A DNA stretch of 41,033 nucleotides from Chiloscyllium plagiosum (lineage: Eukaryota): the NCBI RefSeq assembly GCF_004010195.1, contig NC_057718.1, positions 96,053,609 to 96,094,641 of the forward strand, in the 5' to 3' direction. The first letter of the stretch is position 1, and every line of letters begins with the position of its first letter. Positions 10,727 to 22,635 of the stretch are shown here, in pieces. A program made the position numbers and the translations under genes. The notes below the pieces were generated by a model, which was not told where the DNA came from, did no database searches, and saw only the letters and a list, made by a program, of their open reading frames with translations.

Positions 10727-10940
10727 GACAAATTGTTGCCCCAGTTAGAAAAATAATTAAGTGGCAAGAGACAGAGAATAGAGATATTAGAAGAACTTGA
10801 CTAGTGATCTCCCACTCCTGAAGCCTCAACAGCTCACTAGACTTATCAGTGAGCTAGATGACGGGACTGAGAGCAACATGCCCACATTTGCTATTGATAA
10901 AATGATGGACAATGTTGATGGAAGGGTAAAATGATAAAGA

Positions 10941-11257
10941 AGATTAGACTACTTACAGTGTGGAAACAGGCCCTTTGGCCCAACAAGTCCACACCGACCC
11001 TCCGAAAGCGTAACCCACCCAGACCCATTCTCCTACATTTACCCCTTCACCTTACACTACGGGCAATTTAGCATGGCCAATTCACCTGACCTGCACATTT
11101 TTGGACTGTGGGAGGAAACCGGAGCACCCAGAGGAAACCCACGCAAACACGGGGAGTATGTGCAAACTCCACACAGAGAGTTGCCTGAGGTAGGAATTGA
11201 ACCGGGTCTCTGGCGCTGTGAGGCAGCAGTGCTAACCACAGTGCCATCGTGCCGCCC
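10941..11257 (-). mobile_element. HE1-type SINE, full length
   Basis: Same head, core and tail as the other HE1 copies. Confidence 0.93.
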
Positions 11258-12154
11258 ACAAAGTAGCAAACAAATGGGCCAAACTGAAAAATTCATTTCA
11301 ATATAAAAAAGAATGAATGAGGTCATCTACTTTGGGACGGAAAAGATAGGTTAGGGCATTTTCTTAATGGGTAAGGCTAGAAACAATGGAAGTCTAAAGA
11401 GATTTATAAGTCTATTAAGATCATTCAAATCTCATGATCAGCTACAGAAATGATGAAAAGGATTAGTCAAAAAGTGGCCTCTTTCTGTAGAGGATTATAA
11501 TACAAGGGGCGGGAACAGAGGTTATGACGAAACTACTCAAAGTCCTGGTTAGGTAATACTTAAAGTAATGTGTTCACTTCTGAGTACCATACCTTTGAAA
11601 GAAGGTAATAGCTTTAGAATGAGCATAGAAGAATGAGATATAAATTCTTAAGAGCTAAATCATGAGAAGAGATTACACAATCTAGGGTGGTGTTTCTTCG
11701 AGTTTAGAAGGTGAATTCAATCAAAGTGTTCAGGGTTCATGGGAATCCGATAGTGTGGGCAGAGAGAAACTGCTTCCTCTTGCTGGGATGTCCCACTAAG
11801 GAGCAGAGTCTAAAGGATTCAGCCAAAACTAGGCAGGGGGGTTAGGAAATAATTCTACATACAGAATATGGCTGAAGTTTTGAGCTCTCTCTTCTGGATA
11901 TGGTAGTTTATATTAGAGGAATTGTTAGTTTTAATTCAAATAGATTTTTATTAGCCAACAGTTTTAAAGATAGAGAGCAAACACAGGTGTAGTTGGGTCA
12001 CATTGTTGTCATTGGACAGTAGAGCAGGGGGCTGAAAGCTCTGGTTCCTGTAGTTTGAAAGATAGAGGAGAGATGCTTCACAAAAATAAACATGAAAAAA
12101 TATAAAACTTTCACGTGTTATTGTCAACCAACCCTTGAATTTCAATCAAACTGC

Positions 12155-12540
12155 ACAGGCATGTTATTACATACCTGCAGAGCAGATAGGACTTAAACCC
12201 AGCACTCCTGGCCTAGAGGAAGGAAGCTATCATAAGACATAGACCATAAGACCATAAGAAACAGGAGTGGAAGTAAGGCCATTTGACCCATCAAGTCCAC
12301 TCTGCCATTCAATCATGGCTGACTGGCATTTCAACGCCACTGACCTGCACTCTCCCCGTATTCCTTAATTCCTTGCGAGATTAAGATTTATCCCTACCAT
12401 TGCACCTCAAGAGCCATCATTGTGCTTTTCCAAATCAACCTGCTCCGAGATGTTATTACATATCTCCAGAGTTAGTGAGACTTGAGTGTGGGTCTCCTGG
12501 CTAAGAAGTAGGGACACTATCACTGTACCACTGGCCCTAC
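12155..12540 (-). mobile_element. Two tandem short tRNA-derived SINE-like units; first split by a CR1 tail
   Basis: Both have atgttattacata...ggactt(a/g)a...ctcctggc...ctacca(t/c)tg; B-box-like gggtttaagtcc on the minus strand. Confidence 0.55.
12231..12390 (-). mobile_element. Short CR1 3' end (TCTTATGG tail family)
   Basis: cataagaccataagaaacaggagtggaagtaaggccatt... is the reverse complement of the element at 130-280. Confidence 0.88.
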
Positions 12541-12646
12541 ATTATATATTTTCTAACATAGATCTGCATTACAATTAACTGAAGTCAATAATGTGCCAGC
12601 TCTCACTATTTGCATTCCGTATGCAAGCTGGCCACCTGAATGAGAT

Positions 12647-13122
12647 CATAGAGTCATAGAGATGTACAGCACAGAAACAAAACCTTCGGTCCAACTCGTA
12701 CACACCAACCAGATATCCCAACCTATTCTAGTCCCATTTGCCAGCATTTGGCCCATACCTCTCTAAACCCTTCATCTACATGTACTCATCTAGATGCCTT
12801 TTAAATGTTGTAATTGTACCAGCCTGCACCACTTCCTCTAGCAGCTCATTCCATACATGCACCACCCTCCACTTTAAAAAGTTACCCCTTTGGTCCTTTT
12901 TTAAATCTTTCTCCTCTCACCCTAAACCTATGCTCTCTAGTTCTGGACACCTCTACTGCAGGGAAAAAAAAACCTTGTCTATTCACCCTATCCACACCCC
13001 TCATGACTTTATAAACCTCTGCAAGGTCACCCCTCAGCCTCCGACACTCCAGGGAAAACAGCCCCAGCCTATTCAGCCTCACCCAATAACTCAACCCCTC
13101 CAACCCTGGCAAGATCCTTGTA
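12647..13122 (-). mobile_element. 5'-truncated CR1 copy
   Basis: ORF 12882-13112(-) PGLEGLSYWVRLNRLGLFSLECRRLRGDLAEVYKVMRG; same family as 8578-9043. Confidence 0.92.
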
Positions 13123-14174
13123 TATCAGAATAATTTAGCCTCCATGCCAAAGGAAGAGCTTATTTCAGAAGAAGAGTGGAAGCGAGAAGAAACATCTGGA
13201 ATAAAAAAAACAATAAAATGTATGTCATTCAACTGCATAATATGGTATATATTGCACATCTGCTGAGTGCATAAGGTTCCCATTACTTGTGGGACCAGTT
13301 CCATATTCAACAGCTGAACCTCAAGAAACATTGTGTGTAGCAAAAGGACAGGAGTAAATGATTTGATAAATAAGGCCATAAGTAACAGAAAAAAACTCAT
13401 TTGCATAGATTGATTCGAAATGTAAAGAATCAAGGTTACTTTCCAGCACTAAAAACTGAAGGGAAAGACATTATGAGCCAAATGGTTGCCTCCTGTGCTG
13501 TAAACTTCGATGATAGCATGTGTTCAGACACATAACAGATACACAAGGGTAGAAATTACTACATGCAGTGTTATTGCATGAATGCTTGGCATACTTATAC
13601 CAAATTCCTTTCTCCCTTATTTTAATGTTGGCCTCAACCCATCTATTATAGTAAATTGGGTACATATGGCATTGGAAAACCCATAAGTATCTGTTAGTCA
13701 TATAGGTTGTGCTGCGATAGATATTTTCAATTTGAAAGGCATCACAATGTGTGACACACAATAGCTTTCGAGTTTATAACCCTATCATTATGCAATCTGC
13801 CCACTGAGTTCCTACAAATCGCTCAAAGCATTTTCTGAAATGGTTTCAGGAGCCATTTTTTCTTCTCGGCAACAGAAATTCAAAAGACACTCTGCAACAA
13901 GCTTCAATGTCTGCACTGATGTGTCTATTGCATTTCCATACCTTTCATAAAGAGCCTCCTCGAAGGCCTCACCTTCTCTCAAAAGCTCGGGTTTGTATTT
14001 GATGCTTTTGCCCAGAGCGATGGCCAGCTGAATTGAATTTGGATAATGCAGTTGCAATAGCTCCAATTTTCAAGATTGACCTATCAATTCTGTTGATGAG
14101 ATTAATTTTACTTAGAATTATTTATCCCTGTAGTTTGTTTTGTTTATTTGACGAAGAGTTAATTGAAGAAGCAG

Positions 14175-14495
14175 GTTGCTGTTTTCCTTAAGAAGAGCAA
14201 AAGATGATTTGATGGACGTGTTCAAAATTGTGTGGGGTCTGGAGTGGGAGGAAAATGTTCCTGTTGGTGAAAGGATTGAGAACTAGAAGACCCCAGTTTA
14301 AGGTGGTTGGCAACGTGAGGAAAATCTGGTTTACGCTTGGGTGCGGTTAAAATCTGGAACGCACTGCCTGAGAGAGAGATGGAGGCAGATTCAATTCAGC
14401 CCTTCAAAACAGAAACAGGTAACTATCTGAAAAGAAACAAAAGATGGGAAGGCAGTGGTTCTTGCACAACCCCAAACTGACACAATGGACCACAT
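14175..14495 (+). mobile_element. Old CR1 3' fragment
   Basis: gattttgatggacgtgttcaaaatt...tctggaacgcactgcctgagag...ggaggcagattcaat (DLIEVFKI...WNALPE..VEA-like). Confidence 0.75.
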
Positions 14496-14504
14496 GCAAC
14501 CTAG

Positions 14505-14790
14505 CTAGACCAGCATTTGCTCCACATCCCTAATTGCCTTTGATCTGAGATGCTTGTTGGGAGACTTCAGAGAGCAGTTAAGAGTCAACCACACTGCTGT
14601 GCTATCTTGAGACATGTAGGTCTGACCAGACAAGGACAGCAGATTTCCTTCCTGAAGAGGCATTGGTGAACCAGGTGGGCTTTTCTAACAATTTCTGTCA
14701 GCTTTATGTTCACCATTAATATTACTAACTTTCAATTCCAAAACTTTATGAACTGAGTTCAAAGCCCACACGGGGAAGGAGATGTGACTG
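14505..14790 (-). mobile_element. tRNA-derived SINE with LINE-derived tail (shark family, name uncertain)
   Basis: ccagcattt...ccctaattgcc...agagtcaaccacac...cagatttccttcc...gtgaaccagg; same family at 22245, 25210, 26341 and 36735. Confidence 0.7.
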
Positions 14791-14889
14791 TGAAAATGAA
14801 TAACCCAACTCCAGGACGGAGATAGAAAGCAATGAAGATGATGAACGGAAAGGTTAGAATGGAAATCCTGTTTGAGAGAACAGCAAAAC

Positions 14890-14985
14890 ACATCTGAATA
14901 AGAGTTAAACTCAACCCTCAACATTTTACCTCTGTTTTCCTCTCCACAAATGCTGCCAGACCTGCTGAGCGTCTCCAGCAATAAT
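14890..14985 (+). mobile_element. Decayed Penelope-type terminal fragment (second family)
   Basis: ctctgttttcctctccacaaatgctgccagacctgctgagc matches 38709-38750. Confidence 0.6.
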
Positions 14986-16139
14986 GTGTCATTTTCCAGT
15001 TTTACTGTATTTTCTCACTTGGAGGCAGGAAAACAAAACCAGGATTTTTTCCGACACTGTACTCCCTTCATTGTGATCTATATTTTATATATGATCTCTC
15101 CTTATAAGTGCAGTGGTCCCTTAATGAAAATCCGTTTGGGGTATATATTCTTTGACTCCATCTTGTTCTAACAGAAACAATACGACTCAAATCATACAAG
15201 TGACCATCTCAATTCAGAATCGGACATGACGAGTACATCTGGTCCTGGTTCCGAAGAATCATTGATTGCAGTAATAATTGGCAAGACACCAGATCTTAAA
15301 GATCATACAAATATTACTTCATGATCCCAATCGTAGGCACAGTGCAATATGGCCAAAATTGACCCTCCATTAAATTAGCTTTTGAGAACTAAAGTACACA
15401 GCTCTGATTCCATGTCCCCCTACTCCACCCAACATACCCTTCAGGTGTTGCAAATTTCTTGGGTTGCAATTCATTTTCACAAGTGGGGATGTGCCAGCAT
15501 CATATTAAAACGTGGCCATGCCTTATTCCCAATGGAGAGCAAATGGTGTCTGATGAAATTCAGCACATGCTGATCAAATTGTTGATATGCAAAAAAATCA
15601 GCTTCCTTGTGCCGTTGCTGTCGGCCTGAAATCTTTAATTAACCTCCAGTTGCATGTTGCATGTCTTAGAGAGCTCACAGATTAGAAATCATTCTGTTTC
15701 CCTGCATTAAATCACTGCAGGGTTTATCCCACCATGGTCTTAACCCCTCAGGAACTCTACGAGTTTTGGGTCCTGGTCCAATTAGGTGAGTTGACCCTGG
15801 AGGTCAACAATTTACTAAGTGAAAAGCTTACAAGCCCAGCACAACGTTGCACATTTTCCAACCCAGGAAACTTTTTAACCTTCATCTGAAACCCTTTAAA
15901 CTAAATGGATTAATAAAAAATTGCAGGGAAAGATTGTTAAACACAAACCAAAACAGTCGGCTTGCAATTAAAGTCAGTTAATTAACTCAAAGGCAAAGGT
16001 AAAACAAAATCTCTCCCAGGCCTCATGGATTTGACATGTACGCTCGCACACTCTGTGATTTTCTCTATCTTTGTGATCTTTCTCCAGGAGGGAAAAGACA
16101 GTAAAACATAAAATGAATGTGTTGGAACTCCAATTGCAA

Positions 16140-17030
16140 ACAATTACAGAACTTTAAGGGCATACGATACAAAAAAGACTCTTTGGCCTATTGAATCTGT
16201 AGCACCCAGAAATCCATGACACTACTACAAGTCCCATGTTCCAACACTAGGCCCATAGCCATGATTGTTATAATACTTCAAGTGTTTATCCAAGTTTAAA
16301 GGTTGTGAGGTTTCCCTCCTGAACTACCCTCCCAGGCAGTGCATTTCAGACCCCCACCACCCTCTGGGTGAAAAACCTTTCTCCCTCAAACTGTGTGGAG
16401 TTTGCACATTCTCCCCGTGTCTGCGTGGGTTTCCTCCGGGTGCTCCGGTTTCCTCCCACAGTCCAAAGATGTGCAGGTTAGGTGAATAGGCCATGCTAAA
16501 TTGTCCGTAGTGTTAGGTAAGGGGTAAATGTAGGGGTATGGGTGGGTTGCGTTTCGGCGGGTCGATGTGGACTTGTTGGGCCGAAGGGCCTGTTTCCACA
16601 CTGTAATGCAATGTAATGTAATCTAATCTAATCAAATCCTCTCTAAGCCTGCTGCCTTTCACTTTAAAATGATGTCTCCCTTGTTCTTAACCCTTTGACA
16701 AAAGGGAAAGCTGCTTTTTACCAACCCTTGTCCATGCCCCTCATAATCTTACATATCTCAATCAGGTCTCTCTTTGACTTTCTCTGCTCCAAAGAAAATA
16801 ACTTGAGCTTATCCAGGCTCTCTTCAGAGCTGAAATGCTCTATTCCAGGCAACATCCTGGTGAATCTCCTCTGCACCCTCTCCAGTGCAATCACATCCTT
16901 CCTATAGTGTGGTGACCAGAAATGCACACAGTACTCCAGCGGTGATCATACAAAATTCTGTACAGCTCTTGAATAACTTCCCTGCTCTTATAATCTAGGC
17001 CCTGCCTGATAAAAGCAAGAATTTTGTGTG
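16140..17030 (-). mobile_element. CR1 3' fragment interrupted by HE1
   Basis: ORF 16718-16927(-) FWSPHYRKDVIALERVQRRFTRMLPG...FSLEQRKSKRDLIEICKIMRG. Confidence 0.88.
16391..16633 (+). mobile_element. 5'-truncated HE1-type SINE
   Basis: Starts at ctgtgtggagtttgcacattctcccc; tail gtaatgtaatctaatctaatc; tcaaa on both sides. Confidence 0.9.
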
Positions 17031-17485
17031 TTTTCTTAACTACTACCTTGAAGGACACAAGATAAATCAGGCCAATATGCGTCATTTACAAGTTTTCGTG
17101 TTTGTTTACTTCCTTTGCTCCTCTGAATTTCTCTTCCTACACTCTGATTCTTTTTCTGTCTCTGTTTCTCTCTGTCTGCCCTCAGGTTTTCTCCTCCATG
17201 GACCTTGTGACCCTTTGATTTAAGATGGCAGCAGTAGCGCTGAAATCTGCAGCAATACACCATGCTCAGGGACAACATCTCCATCTATAGGAAGGTGTGC
17301 GGATGTTTCATAAATGCTGGAATTACTCTTCCCAGGGAAAACATAACACTAGTCTCACTGAGGAGCCTGAGTGCTATCAAAGGTGACAAGGTACAACTAC
17401 TTTTCATTTTAAATTGCATCCTCCTTCCATAGCAGATAATCCATATTTCTGATTTCTCTTAGTCTAACCACCTTTGAAAGTCCGC

Positions 17486-18130
17486 TATGTGTTTGTTTGT
17501 GTGCATGTGTGCTTGTTCATGTGTGTGTATGTGTGCATGCGTATATATGTCTTTTTATATGTGTGTGCATTTGTTTGTGTGTGTATGTGTACATGCATGT
17601 ATATACGCCTGTTTGGGCGTGAGTGTGTTTTTGCACATATGTGTTTGTATCTGTGTTTGTTCATGTATGTGTACACACACGTATGTGTGTCTGTTTGGGG
17701 ATGAGTGTGTGTGTTTGTACATGTTTGTTTGTGTGTGTTTGTTTGTGCATCTGTACACACATGTATGTGTGTCTGCTTGTGGTGTGTGTTTATTTATTTG
17801 TGTGTATGTTGGCACATGTGCATAAATGCTATTTGTGTGTGTTTGTAGATGTGTATGTGTGCACACGAGTATATATGTCATTTTGTACATGTGCATTGTT
17901 TGCTCATGCATGTATATGTGTATGTATGTGTGTGTTTGTCTGTGTATGTGTATATGTGCATGCATGTATGTGTGTCTGTTTGGGGATGAGTGTGTGCGTT
18001 TGTACGTGTGTGTATGTGCATGTATGTATGTGTGTCTGTTTGTACCTGTGTGTGTGTTTGTTCATGTGCGTGTTTGTTCGTGTACGTATATGTGTGTCTG
18101 TTTGTATATGTGCATGTTTGTTTGTGTGTC
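17486..18130. repeat. Degenerate (TG)n/(TGTA)n low-complexity tract, ~650 bp
   Basis: Largely alternating purine-pyrimidine sequence; source of the spurious C/V/M/Y-rich and H/T-rich ORFs. Confidence 0.97.
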
Positions 18131-18904
18131 AGCCCTGGGAACCAGGTTGATGCTTACTTATGATAAGAACCTGCCCATGGAGAGCCTTTTAACATGAGGA
18201 GGCTGCAGATACCCCATGGCTGATCGGGAAACTGGTCCACTCCGAACACCTACATTTTTGCATTTCAGAAGGATTTACATCTTGATATAATCAATCTGTC
18301 ATGACACATCTTCTGTGGCCATCAAGTCTTGAGGTAACTTTGACCCAGAGGTCCCACTGCACACAATTTCTGGTTGTTTTTTTCTTCTGTGACTGTAAAG
18401 GCTTCAAGTAATCATTATTATTTTTCTGTCCAGCTACATTTGTAATAGACTTCACCCATCACCTCTTAATGACAGGGTTGAGGGAGGAGGCTATCTCTCG
18501 AGAGATTGCAAGGCTCATCAATGACATCATCGAGAAGATTTAAGATCTAAATTGCTTTTTAATAAAGCCCAAATTAAACAATATCAATTATGAGTCTAAA
18601 TTTGTGGTGGTGTGTCAGTGTGTTTTTCTTGCATTTGTTTTCCACTTCAAACTGTAAACTTCAAATAAAATTTATTCTCAGGGCACTTTGTCTGAACAAA
18701 TGTAAAAGTATATGACCTGAACTTCTGGTTCAAAATGACCTTCATTAATTCACAGCAATTTTCATTCACATTGTTTTGTTTCAAAAACGAACTATGGTGC
18801 TTTCATATACATGATGCTGACACCTGCAAATGATGCAGTAACTGGATGAACATAAAGCCAACGAGTGAATTCAATTTCCTCTCTCATAAATTCATTTTAT
18901 TATT

Positions 18905-19640
18905 TCTTCCCAGAATACAGATGATGCTGACAATGCCTCCCATTCCTAGATGGTCTTGAGGAAATGGCAGTGCAGTCACTACGCTACAATAGTGATAGGG
19001 AGGGATTTTCAGAACTCTGACTCAATGTCACTGAAGAAAAGTTTCCAAGAGAAGATGACATCTGCCTTGGAGGGGAATTTGCACCTGGCTGGTTTTCCCA
19101 TGTATCTGTTGCCCATCTATTTCGTGAGGGCTGCGGGTTGGAAGGTGTTGTTGGAGGAGCCTTGGTGAGTTGCTGCAATGTAATTTGTAGACGGATGTAC
19201 ACTGAGAATGAGCAGTAGCAGGAATAAATGCTCAAGATGGTGGATGTGGTGCCAATGAAGCAGGCCGCTTTGTGTTGAATGGTGTCAAGCTTCTTGAGTG
19301 TTGTTGGAGCTGCACTCATACAGCCAAGTGAGGAATATTCCATTGCACTCCTGACTTTTGCGTTGTGGATGGTGGATGGTGGACAGGCTGTGGGGAGTCA
19401 GGAGTTGAGCCACTCAAGAGTTCCCAGCTTTTGATCTGCCCTTGCAGCTAGTCATCTTGTATTGCAAATTCCTTTTGGGAGAATGGCCTGCTCCAATTCA
19501 TTTCCTGCTCAATTCAATGATAATTCCCAGGATGTTGATAATGGTAGACTCAGCAATGGTAATGCAATTGAATTTGGCAAGGGAGAATGATTGGATTCAT
19601 TCTTGCTGGAGATGGTCACTGCATGGAACTTGTATGTCGC
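18905..19640 (-). mobile_element. CR1/L2-group LINE fragment distinct from HER1
   Basis: ORF 18984-19343(-) MEYSSLGCMSAAPTTLKKLDTIQHKAACFIG resembles the conserved post-RT segment (..EY....W.......LD.IQ..A.R.I) of CR1/L2-group ORF2. Confidence 0.75.
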
Positions 19641-22244
19641 AATAAAATTGTTAATCAATAAGTATCAGTTAATTGCTATCTAGCTGTAGGTTCACATTTT
19701 ATCCTGCTTGACCGAATCACTTCATCTGGCCCTTCCTATGGGATCCATTACATTGAGTGATATCAATGGCTCAAATGGTCCTAGTGGGGGGTACTAACTG
19801 GAATGGACTTCATTTCCCCATTGTGAACTGACTGAGCTGGTAGAAGGTTCAACAAGAACTATCTACTTCCTTTAAAGTCTTTACTTCCCTCTTGCCTTTC
19901 TTGGTTTGATTCTTTTAAATCTCAACTCTAACCAAGCTGTTGGTAATCCTGATAATTGCGCCTTCTTTAATGGACTGTCCATTTTTGCCCCCTTATGCTT
20001 TTGCAAAGTGTCTTCAAAGTATTTGATATGCCAAAGCCACCATTTTGTTGCAAGTCCTCATTGAGCAGGACATGTCACATGGTATAGATAAATTTGTGGA
20101 GATACTCAATTGTACGATTGTGTTAAGAATTCGGAGAAAGGAGGTTTCAACTTAATTTGGAGAACTTGGGGCAGAGGGACAAAAATTTGCCAATGCCATT
20201 TAATATATACATAACCGTGCAGTTATACACCCAGATATAAATCTGGACTGCAACTTAAGTAAGTAAAATGTTGCTATTATTCACAAGACCTGAAAGAAAA
20301 TTCTAATGCAAGTCAACTTTGACTGAAGCAAAGAGGACTTTTTGTCAAATAATTCACTACAAATTGAGGATCCCCATGAAAATCCGGTTTACAAGTTTTA
20401 CATAAGGTTCGGCAATAAATGGAAACATCATTTGTTACACATCAAGAAAAGCAATGCAACAAAAGTAATAAGAATATCTTCACTCTAATTGCACTGAAGA
20501 TAGAATTTGTGCCATTCATTCACCAATCAGCCATTGACTTGGAAGGTATATGATTGCACATTATTATGGATGTTGGATCAGTAACATTCTGTGATGAGGC
20601 TCTGTAGAAATAGGACCCAACAATTTTAAGTGTGAAGGGAGGGAGGTTGGATATTCAGTTATTTTGGTTTCTTAGAGGGGACAGTGAATGACTTCTATTT
20701 CAGATGGGAGTGGGATTTTATTCTTTGCAATCTTTCAGAAAGGTGTTGGATGCATTCTTGAAAAATGAAGTTATCACACACAGAGGCAGGGAGACTATTC
20801 TACCTAACAACTAATCGTTTTAGGATCCATTCACTTTTGCTAGATCATCTTTCAAGAATGGAAGAAGGAATTTTTAACAGAGAATTGTTGAATTGGCTTT
20901 ATGTGTCTTTTCTTTCATTAGAAGATAGAAAGGACAGGGAAATGTAGGTAAGAGAGACAAGTCAAATGAGGCAAATGTGTATTGGCCTGCTGAGGTTATC
21001 ACTCTATGTACCCAAACCTCTGTGATCAATGATGAAGATCTGTGTACTTTCAGGAGTTCAAAAGACTTATTAACTGGAAAGGAGAGAAATGTAAAAGCCC
21101 TGTTTTTCTTTCAGTTGTCTGGTGAGGGTGTGTTAACCTGATCACTCTGGTGATGTAACAGGGTACATGGAACATATTTGTCTTGGGTTTCTATGCAACG
21201 TATTTATTTATTGTGTGCAGCAGAGATGTGCAATTTATGTAATCCCGATCATGGACATAATCACTCTGGGACCTTGCACCTCCCTGCTAGCTCAGTGGGA
21301 ATCTTAGAATCGGAAGACATTTGTGATTCAGTAAACTCTGTGATAAACAGGATGTCCATACTCGAGTTCCCAAGTGGATTGCCAGGAACTGTGTATTTGG
21401 CATTCTTGGTATCTTAGTGAGATTTACCTCACAAATTTGTTTCTATCTCATCATTATTTTGTTTTGGGAGTGGCGTCCAACACATTCTCCTGCTGCCCAC
21501 TCCCCATCCAAAATTACGTTATTGGAAAATTTAACAAAGCATAAACCAAATATCATTATGTAATCAGAACTTAGTTTGCTTTGATCTTGAATAAAAGTTG
21601 AAATTACATTTTTTCGACTTGGCTCCTGAGCATTTGTGCATGATAGTTGCATCACTTAAGTCACACAGATTTTTATCTGTGAATGCATTTTTATAAAACA
21701 AGACTCTTTCAACTCATGAATCTAGCAGATCAGAAATGGTTACGTTGAGAAGAACAAGTGCTCTTGAAGTGAATTACAGGCTTGTAAGATGTTTGAGATG
21801 TTTCTGAAGTCAGACTCTCTGAACTGGGTAAACACCACATTGAATTACAGGTGACAGCAACACATTTCCATCCACAGCCATTCGAACAGTGTGGTTAAAT
21901 TTAAGTCTTTTAGATCTTATTTAAGGTTACATATTTCAGTGTGTCAGCCATATTCAGGCGACTGGTCTTTTCCTTTCCATTTCACAGTGATTTTCTTAAT
22001 TTAGTCAAAAGCAATTGCAGATCAAGCACTTTATTTTTGCCTGTTTTTCTCTGTCAGTTCCCACTCACATTGAAATATGGATCCTTGGCTATAAGCAATG
22101 CATTCAAATAATGACTGGTCAGACTGTTCTATGAAAATGCATTCACGGGGAAAAAAGAAACAAATCCAGTGTGATTTAATGATGTAATTACCATACTTAA
22201 ATGCTCAGGAGTCCATTCTAAATGTAATTTCAACCTTGTTCACA

Positions 22245-22635
22245 GGTTTAAGGCATTGTTAGCAGGGTCAGCATTTATGGCCCATTGCTAAATCCCCTTG
22301 AGAAGATACCATTGAGGAGCGTTCTTACAGCTGAGTGATGTGCTAGACTTGTTCAGAGAACAATCAAGAGGCAAGCACATTGACCAGACGAGTGAAATGT
22401 AGGACAGACCAGCCCAGAATGGCAGATTTCCTTCCCTGTAGGCTATTATGATTTGACACTGCAGTAATTACATTACCATCCATTACTGGGACTAGGTATC
22501 CAGGATATTATAGGATATTAGGTTTCCACTGTGCCAGCGTTCTTTAGTTAACTGCATTTCAACTCCTAACTGCAACTGTAGAACTTAAACTTTTGATTCT
22601 GAATCATTAGTCCAGTAACACAACCACTGTCTAGC
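22245..22635 (-). mobile_element. Decayed tRNA-SINE, same family as 14505-14790
   Basis: cagcatttatggcccattgctaaatccccttgag...ggcagatttccttccctg...attagtccagtaacacaaccact. Confidence 0.65.

Larger units (their letters stand above)
10030..12060 (+). mobile_element. Old, heavily decayed CR1 ORF2 through 3' end, interrupted by a PLE mini-element and an HE1 SINE
   Basis: Degenerate remnants in CR1 order: gacaaaaccccagaacctg (DKSPGPD-like), agccagtatggattt (SQHGF-like), tttcaaaaagcat (FQKAF-like), ggcaagagacagaga (RRQR-like), acatttgctattgat (KFADD-like), 3' end near 12030. Confidence 0.7.

Noticed and set aside
17474..18197. Long Cys/Val/Met- and His/Thr-rich ORFs
   Set aside because: Translations of a (TG)n low-complexity tract.
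18250..18340. Apparent acceptor-exon-donor (tttttgcatttcag...gag|gtaact)
   Set aside because: The segment resembles a decayed tRNA-SINE remnant, and there is no supporting frame or partner exon.
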